Source: Gemmatimonadota bacterium
GTDB lineage: Bacteria > Latescibacterota > UBA2968 > GCA-2709665
DNA: 64,000 nucleotides
Reading direction: 5' to 3'
Assembly: GCA_028873695.1 (NCBI GenBank)
Contig: JAPPNU010000029.1
Span: 50,383 to 114,382 of the forward strand
Below the pieces are notes generated by a model. The model did not search any database. It was not told the DNA's origin and saw only the letters and a list, made by a program, of their open reading frames with translations. How positions within the stretch are numbered: position 1 is the stretch's first letter; each line of letters begins with the position of its first letter. Made by a program: the position numbers and the translations under genes. Below are positions 20,323 to 30,162 of this stretch, one piece after another.

Positions 20323-22314
20323 GTGGAAAGCGCTCGAGCGAAAGACCCCCATCACGCGCAATCGGAGAGCCAGCCGGCGCCTTCGGAGGACGGTCTGACC
20401 CTCCGCGCATTCCTGATCGGTCTCGGTCTCTGCGTGTTCATGGGCGTCGCATTAACCTACAACCGGATGGTCGTCCAGGGTCCCTTCATGGGCAATTACC
20501 ATATGGACCGGGGCGTGCTGTTCGTTTTTTTTGTACTCGTGCTGGTGGTCAACCCGCTGGCGGGAGCCCTGAAGCGCCGCTTCTCACTGGGGCGGGGCGA
20601 GTTGCTGGCCATCTACGTCATGTTGCTGTTTCTGATGCCGTCATGGAAGATGACCAAGGCCCTGCTGGGTTTCATGACGGGCGTCACCTACTATGCCTCT
20701 CCGGAAATGCGACACCTGGAAGCCGTGTTGCCCAATGCCCTTCCCTGGCTGTCGATCATGGATACGGAAGTGGTAAGGGGGCTGTACGACGGCCTTCCCG
20801 CCGGCGACCCGGTACCCTGGCGGTCGTGGGTGGTTCCCCTGTGGAGCTGGGGCTCGTTCCTGGTCGTGCTCTACGTCGTGCTCGTCTGCCTGGCGGTTCT
20901 CATGAGAAAGCAGTGGGAGGAGCACGAGCGCTTCGCGTTTCCCATCATGCAGGTGCCGCTGGAGATGAGCGAGACGGGGGCCCGGACGGTGGGGCGCCTG
21001 TTCCGCAGCAGGATGATGTGGGGAGGGTTCGCGGTACCGTTTCTGATCGGACTGTTGAACGGGCTTCAGAGGTACTACTATTCGCTGCCGCGGATTCAGC
21101 TGCGAACGATTCTCTGGATCTTCCGCCGGGCGATTCCCTTGCATATCGGTCTTCATTTCGCGATCCTTGGGTACTCGTATTTCGTGAATACGGACGTGAG
21201 TCTGAGTATCTGGCTGTTCAACGTCATCGCAAAGTGCATCAGCGGAATCCTGGCCGTTGTCGGGGCGGAGACATACGGCGTCTCGGGGGTCGTGGGGCGG
21301 CACAGCTCCCAGGGATCCGAATTCCTGGCGATGATGGGCATGGGGTACATGCTCGGCCTGGCGGGCTACAGTCTGTGGATCGCAAGGGGGCATCTTCGGG
21401 AGGTGTGGGCGAGGGCCAGGGGCCGCCCGTCGCGCCTGGACGATTCGGACGAGGTGATCCCCTACCGATCCGCGGTGGCCGGGATCGTTGCGGGGTCACT
21501 CTATCTCGGATGCTGGCTCTACCAGGCGGGCATCTCCCCCCATCTCGTGCTTCTGCTGGGCTTTTTCAGTTTTGTCGTCTTTCTGGTACTCGCCCGGATC
21601 GTGAGCGAGACCGGGTATTCCGTGGCCTATTCTCCGCTGAATCCGTCTGAGTTCGTGGTGTGCGCCGTAGGTTCCGCGGCGTTCGGCCCGACGGGGCTGA
21701 CGTCGCTGGGCGTCAGCTTCGCCTGGACGATGACCCGGTTGAATACGCTGATGCCGAGGGCCTCCGGCGCGCTGCGACTCGCACGGGAGATCGGGCGCAA
21801 GCGGGGGCTGGTGGTGGCGATGGGCGCCGCGCTGGCCGCCGGCCTGATCGCCGCGAGCCATACCACGCTTCAGCTGGGATACGAACACGGCGGCCGTAAC
21901 CTGGACTACTGGTTCAGGGACGTGAACGACTGCGCGCTGCCGTTCGACGAATACATCGGTCGAAGGCTGCTTTCGCCCTCGCCGATCTTCTACCCCGGGT
22001 TCCTGTATACGGGTCTGGGCATCGCCGTCGTCGTGGTGATGATGGCGCTACGCTCCCGGCTGCCGTCGTGGCCGCTGCACCCGGTTGCGCTGCCCGTGAG
22101 CACGATCGCCTATACGCACAACTACTTTTTCAGCGTGTTTCTCGCCTGGGGAATCAAATCGCTCGTGCTGCGGTTCGGAGGCGCCAACCTGTACAGGATG
22201 ACCCGCCTGTTCTTTGTCGGGATTATTCTCGGCGAGGCGGTCTGCCTGGGGATGTGGATCGTCATCGACGGCATCACCGGTAAAGTGGGCGGGATCTGGA
22301 TCCTGCAACCGTGA
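20323..22314 (+). CDS. large polytopic membrane protein (transporter-like, family unknown)
   Basis: 663-aa ORF with many hydrophobic segments along its full length. GTG start. The overlapping ORF 20235..21650 is Arg/Gly-rich and was judged spurious. Confidence 0.6.
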   Translation: MESARAKDPHHAQSESQPAPSEDGLTLRAFLIGLGLCVFMGVALTYNRMVVQGPFMGNYHMDRGVLFVFFVLVLVVNPLAGALKRRFSLGRGELLAIYVMLLFLMPSWKMTKALLGFMTGVTYYASPEMRHLEAVLPNALPWLSIMDTEVVRGLYDGLPAGDPVPWRSWVVPLWSWGSFLVVLYVVLVCLAVLMRKQWEEHERFAFPIMQVPLEMSETGARTVGRLFRSRMMWGGFAVPFLIGLLNGLQRYYYSLPRIQLRTILWIFRRAIPLHIGLHFAILGYSYFVNTDVSLSIWLFNVIAKCISGILAVVGAETYGVSGVVGRHSSQGSEFLAMMGMGYMLGLAGYSLWIARGHLREVWARARGRPSRLDDSDEVIPYRSAVAGIVAGSLYLGCWLYQAGISPHLVLLLGFFSFVVFLVLARIVSETGYSVAYSPLNPSEFVVCAVGSAAFGPTGLTSLGVSFAWTMTRLNTLMPRASGALRLAREIGRKRGLVVAMGAALAAGLIAASHTTLQLGYEHGGRNLDYWFRDVNDCALPFDEYIGRRLLSPSPIFYPGFLYTGLGIAVVVVMMALRSRLPSWPLHPVALPVSTIAYTHNYFFSVFLAWGIKSLVLRFGGANLYRMTRLFFVGIILGEAVCLGMWIVIDGITGKVGGIWILQP

Positions 22315-22368
22315 GCGCGGGGACGGGGCGGCATGCGCGCCGTCACGCCTGTCTAAGAGGAAAACTAT

Positions 22369-23193
22369 ATGGATTCAGGAGCAGACCGGATGCAGGGCGA
22401 ACTCATGCAGATGCGCGTCAACGGCTGGTGTGTCGTGAAGAACGTCGTACCCGAGGACCGGGTTGCGGCGGTGAGAGAGCGCGTCATGGATGCCGTCCAC
22501 CGGCACGCGAATGCCGAAACGCTCGAAGACAAGGGCATCGGCCACGTCTCCGGCTTCGTCGCCCGTGAGCAGTCTTTCGCGCCTTATCTGGCGGATTCCC
22601 GCGTCATGGGCGTCGTGGAGGGATTGCTGGGCAAACACGTCCGGATCTCTTTCACGACGGCGACGGTGAATTTCCCCGGCAATCCGCGCGGCGGCTGGCA
22701 CGCCGACTGGCCCTTCAACCAGAAAAATGCCGGGCATATCCCCGCGCCATACCCGGACGCGGCGATGCACGTCACCACGCTCTGGATGCTCTCCCCATTC
22801 AGCGAACGGAACGGCGGGACCCTCATTCTCCCCGGCAGCCACCGGTCCGACAACAACCCGAGCGGGGACAACGGTTTCGACCCGCTAGGTGAGATTCCCG
22901 GCGAATGCAACGCCGTAGGCGAAGCGGGAAGCGTGCTGATGCTGGACAGCCGGCTCTGGCACGCCACCGCTCCCAACCATTCCGACGAGCCGCGCGTTTC
23001 CGTCGTGATTCGCTACGCGCCCTGGTGGCTCGATACCGGTGTCCTGATGCCCGGCTCCGAAGCGCGCGAGCGGATGCTGGAGGCCACCGGACTCAATTCG
23101 CCTGAGGTCCCGCCCGTTCCTCAAGAGGTCTACGATTCCATGCATGAAAGCGTGAAGCCCCTTTTCCGGCACTGGGTGCGGGCAGGGGATTGA
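22369..23193 (+). CDS. phytanoyl-CoA dioxygenase (PhyH)-family Fe(II)/2-oxoglutarate oxygenase
   Basis: 'GGWHADWPF' (HxD) ... 'LPGSHR' ... 'RLWHAT'. AGAGGA lies upstream of the ATG. Confidence 0.75.
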   Translation: MDSGADRMQGELMQMRVNGWCVVKNVVPEDRVAAVRERVMDAVHRHANAETLEDKGIGHVSGFVAREQSFAPYLADSRVMGVVEGLLGKHVRISFTTATVNFPGNPRGGWHADWPFNQKNAGHIPAPYPDAAMHVTTLWMLSPFSERNGGTLILPGSHRSDNNPSGDNGFDPLGEIPGECNAVGEAGSVLMLDSRLWHATAPNHSDEPRVSVVIRYAPWWLDTGVLMPGSEARERMLEATGLNSPEVPPVPQEVYDSMHESVKPLFRHWVRAGD

Positions 23194-23337
23194 CTCGGGA
23201 GTGAGACTGCTTGATCAGGTAACTCAAACTGGCAGTTCGAGTTACGGCCGTGGGTTCAGTTCGAGACGCAGCCAGGGGTTCAATGAGGTTCGTTGAGCCT
23301 GTCGAAACGGACAGATTGTCTTTGGAGGTGCGCAAAA

Positions 23338-24291
23338 ATGGCCGAGACAGCGACGAAAACCAGATATGTCGCGCCGAATCCCGGGTTCGGGTTCTCGGAT
23401 GTGCCGCAGGAAGAATTCGACTTTCCATTCCCGGCCCTGACGCTGGAACAGCGGATGCGGTTCGAGCTTTTCGGGTACACCATCGTCGAGGACCTGTTTA
23501 CCGAGCCGGAGTTGCAATCCATCGAGGCGTCAGCCCACAGGTTGAAGGCGGAAATCCTGGACGCGGCCGGCGACAACGAGATCACGCCGCCTCCGCCGCC
23601 CAGGAAATACGAGGACTTCAGGGATGGGGCGATTTGGCGGGCAAACCGGAGGAGGACCGCCTCGGGCGACCTTCACCTGGAACGTCTCGAGATCGAGAAC
23701 GTGTTGGGGCTGGACCCCATATATCTGTCGGTGCTGACCAGGCCGCGCGTCCTGGGGATCGCAACCGAACTGCTGGGCGGGACGATACGGTTCCACCAGG
23801 TCGCCGTCCGCTTCAACCGGCGTTCCGAAACCCCTGTCCTTGGCTGGCACGGCGGGGTCACGCGGCACAAGGACCGGGCGGTGCGAAAAAACGGCTGGTT
23901 CCATACGCAGATCCTGGGTCTGATCCTCTACCTTACTGACGTCGGCCCCGGCGACGGCGGTACCGGGATCTTTGCGGGAAGTCACAGACTCGACCTCTCT
24001 TACGACGATCTTAAGCAGTATATCACGGACCATCCGGATTCCGAGTTCTTTCATCAGACCACGGCGAAGCGGGGCTCGGCGCTGCTGTTCGCCGACGGCC
24101 CGCTGATGCACCGCACCATCAACATCGAGACGGACAAGGAACGGCTCATCATGCTCTCGCGGCTGGTCCATTCCGACTACGATTTCGGCCAGATGGCGTC
24201 GCTGGGGCAGACCGACCAGGTACCGCATGAGCTGATGCCGCTGTTCTATGGTCGGGCGTTCACGCCGAGGTACCGACCTCGGGGGGAATAA
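23338..24291 (+). CDS. PhyH-family dioxygenase (second copy)
   Basis: The ATG at 23338 follows GGAGG. Contains 'LGWHGG', 'FAGSHR', 'GPLMHRT'. Confidence 0.65.
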   Translation: MAETATKTRYVAPNPGFGFSDVPQEEFDFPFPALTLEQRMRFELFGYTIVEDLFTEPELQSIEASAHRLKAEILDAAGDNEITPPPPPRKYEDFRDGAIWRANRRRTASGDLHLERLEIENVLGLDPIYLSVLTRPRVLGIATELLGGTIRFHQVAVRFNRRSETPVLGWHGGVTRHKDRAVRKNGWFHTQILGLILYLTDVGPGDGGTGIFAGSHRLDLSYDDLKQYITDHPDSEFFHQTTAKRGSALLFADGPLMHRTINIETDKERLIMLSRLVHSDYDFGQMASLGQTDQVPHELMPLFYGRAFTPRYRPRGE

Positions 24292-24420
24292 GTGCAGGAG
24301 AGAGTAGTGAGGAGAGAGTGGTGAGAGCCCCCCGCCACCCTCAGCGCGACACACAGGTCTCTCTTTCCTCACTCCTCTTTTCTCACTCCTCTTCTCTCAC
24401 TCCTCTTCTCTCTCTTCTCG
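24292..24420. repeat. purine-rich arm plus three tandem ~14-bp 'ctcactcctctt(y)t' units (imperfect long inverted repeat)
   Basis: gagagagtagtgaggagagagtggtgagag (about 24299-24328) faces cctcactcctcttttctcactcctcttctctcactcctcttctctc (about 24367-24412). Confidence 0.8.
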
Positions 24421-24438
24421 CAACGGAAGGATGATGAA

Positions 24439-25716
24439 ATGGCGGCGCGAGTTCCCGTTGTCCCGGCCTGGTACGTGCCCCGCATCTGCCGCGTCGAGCC
24501 GACCGGCCGGACGATTTCGGTTAAGGCTGGTGCGACCATCGACCTTCGTCTTGAGGTAGAGCCCTGTCAATGTCTCCCTACGGGGCAGGTCTGGCGGCGA
24601 CTGTCCGATCCCATCCTGTCGGCGTGGACGACGAACCAGGACTGGTGCCGGGTGATTCTCTACATGCCCTGCGTGCTGAGGGCGGACGGCATCTTCAAGA
24701 TGTGGTACGTGGGCAGTTCCGACCACGCGCGAAACCCTTCGTACATCCATCTCGGGTACGCCGCGTCGACGGACGGGCTGCGCTGGGAACCGCGGCCTGA
24801 TAATCCGATCGTCACTGACGATGCGATTCCGTGGGGCTGGCGATTCCAGACGCCGTACGTGCTCTACGACCTGGAGGAGAAGATTTACCGGATGTGGTTT
24901 ACGGCCGTCGATGAAATCGACACGGAGGGACGCCCGTGGTTGAACCAGCGAGTGGGGTACGGCGAGAGCGCCGACGGGATCTCATGGACGTTCCACCCGG
25001 AGCCGGTGCTGCGTACCGGGCGGCGTCCGTGCGTCCTGAAACTGGACGACGGGACGTACAGGATGTGGGTGAACGCGCCGTCGACCGAGACGCCGGAACT
25101 GAAGATGACCGAAAACATCATTTCCGCCCGGTCCGGGGACGGTCTGCACTGGGAATACGAAGACGACGCGGTGCGGTACGGCGGGATCTATCGCTCTTGC
25201 GTGTATCCCTTCGTGATGCGCGACCGCGGCGAACTCGCGATGTGGTTCGGCGGTCACCGCGCGGGCGGCCTCTTCGATATCTCGTTCGGGAGGACGCGTG
25301 ACGGCGACACCTGGTACTACCAGAACGACGTGCCGACGTTTCCCCCGAACCCGCGAAGGGAAGCGTTCGACGGCCGGTACACGTCCACCCCTCACGTATT
25401 GAAGTTGCCGGGCAGATACCTGATGTACTATTCCGCGCGGGATTTGGACGACGGATGGGTCGCGCCGGACGGCTCGCGCCAGCGGGACGGCGACGGGGTG
25501 TATCGTCACGTCGGGTGCGCCGAATTGCCGGTTGACCAGGTGGAGGATCCGGGCCTTCGTTATTCGTGGACGTCCAATGGCAGGGCGATACCCGGAAACG
25601 GCGGAACATTGCGGTTCGCGGCGGACAGGGCCGGAAGACATTCGATAACCTGCCGCGTGGAAAATGGCAACGGCTCAGCCGCGTACACCTGGGAGGTGCA
25701 TGCAGACAAAGGATAG
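24439..25716 (+). CDS. beta-propeller GH-like protein with an extra C-terminal Ig-like module
   Basis: 'NQDWCRVILYMPCVLRADGIFKMWY...GYAASTDGLRW' is paralogous to the 19274 gene. C-terminal 'LRYSWTSNGRAIPGNGG...ITCRVENGNGSA'. Confidence 0.65.
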   Translation: MAARVPVVPAWYVPRICRVEPTGRTISVKAGATIDLRLEVEPCQCLPTGQVWRRLSDPILSAWTTNQDWCRVILYMPCVLRADGIFKMWYVGSSDHARNPSYIHLGYAASTDGLRWEPRPDNPIVTDDAIPWGWRFQTPYVLYDLEEKIYRMWFTAVDEIDTEGRPWLNQRVGYGESADGISWTFHPEPVLRTGRRPCVLKLDDGTYRMWVNAPSTETPELKMTENIISARSGDGLHWEYEDDAVRYGGIYRSCVYPFVMRDRGELAMWFGGHRAGGLFDISFGRTRDGDTWYYQNDVPTFPPNPRREAFDGRYTSTPHVLKLPGRYLMYYSARDLDDGWVAPDGSRQRDGDGVYRHVGCAELPVDQVEDPGLRYSWTSNGRAIPGNGGTLRFAADRAGRHSITCRVENGNGSAAYTWEVHADKG

Positions 25717-25911
25717 AACCGTGATCCTGGCCTCCTACCACCGCACGCGCGATCGGGACCACTTGAAGCGGCTGGTCCGGGAACGGGACGCGATTGTCGA
25801 CTATATCGCCGCGAATCCCGTGGAAGGCGCCTATCACCTGGGCGGCATTGGGGGGCAGCGAGGGAATATCAACAACTTCCTGTTGGGGCACCTCTGGGGA
25901 GTCGAGAAGAT

Positions 25912-26232
25912 CTAACCAGCCAACCGCGCGCTCACCAACCGGTTCAGGCTCACGCCCTGTTCCGCCGCTTCGATTACCAGGGCGCGGTGGGATTCCGGCG
26001 GCAGACGCACCAGGAATTTTCCGCTAAACGCGCGGTCCGCCAATGGCACCGGTGTTGGTTCACCAGTGGCGCGCATGTCGTCCACGGATTCCCGAACCAG
26101 CCGCTGGATGCCGGATAATGCCTTGTCGGGTGACGGCGCGAGCCAGCTCAGCGACGGGAATTCCGCGCAGAGACCCACGTGTTCGCTGTCTTCCGCGGAC
26201 CACGTGATCCGGTAGGTGTAATGATCGTTCAT
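25912..26232 (-). CDS. hicB: HicB-family antitoxin (HicB fold + RHH/Arc-like C-terminus)
   Basis: 'YTYRITWSAEDSEHVGLCAEFPSLSWLAPSPDKAL..' followed by 'GKFLVRLPPESHRALVIEAAEQGVSLNRLV'. Confidence 0.7.
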   Translation of the reverse strand: MNDHYTYRITWSAEDSEHVGLCAEFPSLSWLAPSPDKALSGIQRLVRESVDDMRATGEPTPVPLADRAFSGKFLVRLPPESHRALVIEAAEQGVSLNRLVSARLAG

Positions 26233-26342
26233 TTTGACTCCTCGAGTTTCTCAATTGCCTTGATCACCTGGCGGACATGGGTGCTTGCCCTTTAATATGG
26301 TATCAATAATGATTTCACTTGTAAAGTAGAAACGGTACCTGC

Positions 26343-28157
26343 ATGGAACAGCCTATCCTGATTTTACGCGCGAACGGCGACCCGTCGGAAGGTCTGTGCG
26401 CCGAGGTGCTCCGATGCGAGGGCTTTCCGTGGCTCGAAGAGCGCCCCGCATCGGGATTTGACGGCGTGTCTCCCGGCGTGAGGCTGGTCGTTCTCGCTGG
26501 CACCGGCTTCGGCCATACGACCGCGGAACGCCTGGCGAGGGCCGTCTCCGGGGGTGTGACGCTGATCTCAACAGGGCCCGACCCGGCCGTCGCTGCAGCG
26601 TTCGGCGTCTCGGTCTCGGATGCCGTTACCGATGCCCACGTGGCCGTAACCGCGCTGAACGGCTGGGAACACGGCGACGTGCCGTTGCTGTGCCCGGACG
26701 ACACCGCCCGCCCCCTTCGCGGGGGACAGGAAGCGGCGGCGATTCGGGCCGACGGCGGAGAGCGATGCGGATCCGGACTCGTTTCTGTCCGCATGGGCAA
26801 CGGAACGGCCTGGTTTTACGGCTACGACCTCTGCCGGACCGTGGCCACGCTGCGTCACGGTACGGGCGACGTGAGAGAGCGGCCGGCGAAGGATATGGGC
26901 CCGCTCACGGGGCCCCGGCACATCTATGGTTTCTTCCACCTCTCCGACAAACTGCCCCGGGACGTGCCGGTATGCGATCTGCATCATGATATCCTTCGGA
27001 CGCTCGTTCTGGCTTCTCTGGCCGATACGGGTCTTCCTCGACTCTGGCACTTTCCACACGCCGCGCCCGCCCTCTGGTTCGTGAAGGGCGATGGCTGCGG
27101 AGAAGCCGGCGCCGACGTGGAGGTGGACGTCGTCGAGGAATACGGCGCCTATCTGACATTCAACAGACCCCCCGTGAGCAGGTACGACGGAGACTTGATG
27201 AAAGACTGGCACGAACGGGGGCACGGCGTCACCATCGAAGCCAACCTGGACCAGGTCACACGGCCTGTCGTCGAAGTCTCGGGACAGAAGGTGCGCCGGT
27301 CGCGCACCGCGCAGGACCTGAACGAAAACGCGCTTCCCGATATCCGCGCCAACCTCGAGGCGCACCGCGACAGCTTCATCCGCGACACCGGTCTGGAGAT
27401 GGACACCATCTGCATCCACGGCTGCCAGTGGTCGGGTCATCCGATGGCGGAGATGGTGGTTGACCTTGGCTGGTACACGCCCACGCACTTCATCTCCCAC
27501 GATCCGCGGATGCGGCACGATGAACGCTACGGGCCGTACATGATTTCGACCGCCCTGCCGCTCCGATACTTCCAGCACGGTGTGGGCGTCCTCGACCTGT
27601 GGCATATGCCGGCGCAGTGGGACGAGAGCCAGACGCTTGGTGAATGGGACCCCGCGGATCCGAAATCCACGGGGAGGGTGGGCCTGTCGGCGGAAGCGTA
27701 CGGCGAGGAGCTCGTCCGGTTCGCCGATGACGCCGCGCATCGCTGGCACGGGGTGCAAATTGCCAACTTTCACCCGAGTTACGTCGTCATGCCCCAGGAC
27801 CATCCCAGTGCGTCCCGCCGGTCGCTGGAGATGGGCCTCGACGGCGCCCGGGCGGCGGGATGCCGGTTCGAGAACCAGGAACGGTGGTCGCGGTTCTCCC
27901 GGGCCAGGGCCGACGTACGCCTCGAGGCGCGGCGGGAGGACGACCAGGCCGTTTTTCTGACGATGGCGTCCCCCGGCGACCTCAATGGACTCACGCTGCT
28001 GCTGCCCGATCGCGTGACCGGGGTCCGCGTTGCCGAAACGGGGGAAACCATGGACATTCGCGAGGTTATACTGGAGGGACGGCGCCAGCGGGCCGTGTCC
28101 CTGGATCTGGTCGCTGAAACGCCCCGTGTCCTTCGAATGGAGACCGCGGGACGATAG
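26343..28157 (+). CDS. hypothetical protein
   Basis: 604-aa ORF with ATG at 26343. I recognise no motif. The antisense ORF 26568..27803 was judged a shadow ORF. Confidence 0.5.
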   Translation: MEQPILILRANGDPSEGLCAEVLRCEGFPWLEERPASGFDGVSPGVRLVVLAGTGFGHTTAERLARAVSGGVTLISTGPDPAVAAAFGVSVSDAVTDAHVAVTALNGWEHGDVPLLCPDDTARPLRGGQEAAAIRADGGERCGSGLVSVRMGNGTAWFYGYDLCRTVATLRHGTGDVRERPAKDMGPLTGPRHIYGFFHLSDKLPRDVPVCDLHHDILRTLVLASLADTGLPRLWHFPHAAPALWFVKGDGCGEAGADVEVDVVEEYGAYLTFNRPPVSRYDGDLMKDWHERGHGVTIEANLDQVTRPVVEVSGQKVRRSRTAQDLNENALPDIRANLEAHRDSFIRDTGLEMDTICIHGCQWSGHPMAEMVVDLGWYTPTHFISHDPRMRHDERYGPYMISTALPLRYFQHGVGVLDLWHMPAQWDESQTLGEWDPADPKSTGRVGLSAEAYGEELVRFADDAAHRWHGVQIANFHPSYVVMPQDHPSASRRSLEMGLDGARAAGCRFENQERWSRFSRARADVRLEARREDDQAVFLTMASPGDLNGLTLLLPDRVTGVRVAETGETMDIREVILEGRRQRAVSLDLVAETPRVLRMETAGR

Positions 28158-28222
28158 TTGCGATCACGGCGGATGATACGGTCGATTCGCGGGACGAAGT
28201 TGCCGAATCGGGAATGTCAGGA

Positions 28223-28251
28223 TTGACAATTTATCGAAAAAGCCATATAAT
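28223..28251 (+). promoter_or_regulatory. consensus sigma70-type promoter for the abiE module
   Basis: TTGACA (28223-28228), a 17-nt spacer, then TATAAT (28246-28251), inside an AT-rich patch. A GGGATT/AATCCC inverted repeat at 28258-28287 lies just downstream and is a possible AbiEi operator. Confidence 0.6.
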
Positions 28252-28357
28252 ATTTATGGGATTTGTGTTATATTATCAAATAATCCCGATTGGCCACTCG
28301 AAAGAAACCTCGGCAACTCCATAATAAAAGCCTGGGAAACGCGATAGAAAGTCAAGA

Positions 28358-29173
28358 ATGCCCGGCGTAAAACACGAGGCGTTTCTTCGCACGCATCCGG
28401 TCTTCACCGGCGAGACCCTGGCCGCGCATCTCGCCCGGAGAGGTGGGGTGGGGCCAAGAGGAAAGGAAGCGTTTCTGGCCTATTACCGGAAAACCGGCCG
28501 GATCCTTCGAGTGCGGCGCGGTCTGTATGCGGTCATACCGCCGGGAGCCGACCCCGATTCCTACGCAGTCGACCCGTACCTGATTGCCGGAAAGCTGACA
28601 AGGGATGCGGTCCTTTCACATCACACTGCGCTTGAATTTCACGGACGTGCGTATTCGGTCTGGCGCCACCTGATTTATTCCGCCTCCCGTCCTGTGGAAA
28701 CGCTTGTGTTTCGGTCTCAAATCTATCGCGGCGTCAAGTTTCCGGGCGCGCTTCTCCGCGTGGGCGCGGAGCACTTTGGCGTTCTGAACTCGGAACGTTC
28801 GGGTGTTCCGATGCGCGTCACCGGTCTGGAGCGGACACTCGTGGACGTGCTGCATCGTCCGGATCTGTCGGGCGGCTGGGAGGAAATCTGGCGGTCGTTG
28901 GAATCGGTGGAATTCTTCGACGTCGACCGGGTCGTGGAATATGCGCTCCTGCTTGGGAATGCGACGACAAACGCGAAGGTGGGCTTCTTCCTGGAACAGC
29001 ATCGTGACGCCTTGTTGATCGAAGAGCGTCATCTAAGGCCGCTTCGTGACCGGCGCCCCCTTCAGCCCCATTACCTGGATCGCGCCAGGCGGATCCCCGG
29101 ATGCCTCGTGGTGAACTGGAACCTGGTGGTACCGGAGGACGTATTGGAACGGTCGTGGGCGGAGGTGCTTTGA
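28358..29173 (+). CDS. abiEi: type IV TA antitoxin/transcriptional regulator AbiEi
   Basis: 'RVRRGLYAV' in the N-terminal wHTH plus 'LSHHTALEFHG' in the C-terminal AbiEi_4-type domain. Directly precedes and overlaps the AbiEii gene. Confidence 0.75.
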   Translation: MPGVKHEAFLRTHPVFTGETLAAHLARRGGVGPRGKEAFLAYYRKTGRILRVRRGLYAVIPPGADPDSYAVDPYLIAGKLTRDAVLSHHTALEFHGRAYSVWRHLIYSASRPVETLVFRSQIYRGVKFPGALLRVGAEHFGVLNSERSGVPMRVTGLERTLVDVLHRPDLSGGWEEIWRSLESVEFFDVDRVVEYALLLGNATTNAKVGFFLEQHRDALLIEERHLRPLRDRRPLQPHYLDRARRIPGCLVVNWNLVVPEDVLERSWAEVL

Positions 29174-30141
29174 GAATCTCCCCCGAGAAGCTGGCCGCCG
29201 AAGCCGAAGCGACGGGATTCAGAGCCGATATGCTGGAAAAGGCGGTCCGACTGCTCGCACTGCTCGAGGCCATGCGCAGTCACCCCTTCCTTAAGGGTAA
29301 GCTGGTCCTTAAGGGCGGGACGGCTTTGAACCTCTTCGTCTTCGACGTCCCCAGACTTTCGGTCGACATAGACCTGAACTATGTGGGGACCCGGCAACGG
29401 GACGCCGTGCTGGAAGAGCGTCCCAGAATCGAAAAAGCTGTACAGGACGTGTTCCGTCGAGAGGATTTCGCAGTCAGGCGGATGCCTGAAGAACACGCCG
29501 GCGGGAAATGGTCGCTCCGCTATCAGAGCGCATCCGGGCCGAGCGGCAATCTCGACGTGGATATCAATTTCATGTACCGCGTTCCGTTGTGGCCCGTTGC
29601 CACGATGGATTCCCGATCGCTTGGCAGTTGGAAGGTCACGGATATCCCCGTGATGGACGTTCATGAACTCGCGGCAGGGAAGCTCTCCGCACTGGTGGCG
29701 CGACGAAGGGCGAGGGATTTGTTCGACAGCCGTCTGATCTTCTCCATGGAGGATCTCGACCGCGATCGACTCAGAATCGCTTTCGTCGTCTATGGCGCCA
29801 TGGACCGCAAAGACTGGCGCAGGATTTCGGTCGCAGACGTGGATCTGGACGTTGCAGAATTGGCCGGCCAGCTTGTGCCGGCGCTCCACGCGGGTGCGAT
29901 ACAGGGGCCCGAGGAGGCGACGACCTATGGAGAAATGCTTGTGAGAGAGTGCCGGCAAGGGATTTCAACGGTGCTGCCCTTTACTGACGCCGAAGGCGCA
30001 TTCCTGGACCTTCTGCTGGAAAAAGGCGAGATCGATGCGTCGATATTAACCGACGATAGATCCCTGCAGATTCGCATCCAATCCCAGCCGCTTCTTGAAT
30101 GGAAGGCTCTCAACGTGCGGCGCCACAAAGGATTATTCTGA
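29155..30141 (+). CDS. abiEii: nucleotidyltransferase toxin AbiEii/AbiGii (DUF1814)
   Basis: 'FLKGKLVLKGGTALNLFVFDVPRLSVDIDLNYVG' is the family hallmark. The start is uncertain: GTG 29155, or TTG 29170 overlapping the abiEi stop. Confidence 0.85.
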   Translation: MGGGALRISPEKLAAEAEATGFRADMLEKAVRLLALLEAMRSHPFLKGKLVLKGGTALNLFVFDVPRLSVDIDLNYVGTRQRDAVLEERPRIEKAVQDVFRREDFAVRRMPEEHAGGKWSLRYQSASGPSGNLDVDINFMYRVPLWPVATMDSRSLGSWKVTDIPVMDVHELAAGKLSALVARRRARDLFDSRLIFSMEDLDRDRLRIAFVVYGAMDRKDWRRISVADVDLDVAELAGQLVPALHAGAIQGPEEATTYGEMLVRECRQGISTVLPFTDAEGAFLDLLLEKGEIDASILTDDRSLQIRIQSQPLLEWKALNVRRHKGLF

Positions 30142-30162
30142 CCGGTGTTGCGAGGAAATCGA

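Noticed and set aside
26233-26300. HicA-like toxin gene upstream of hicB.
   Set aside because: Only ~20 codons are open before an in-frame TAA, with no start codon. At best this is a remnant, and its similarity to HicA cannot be established by eye.
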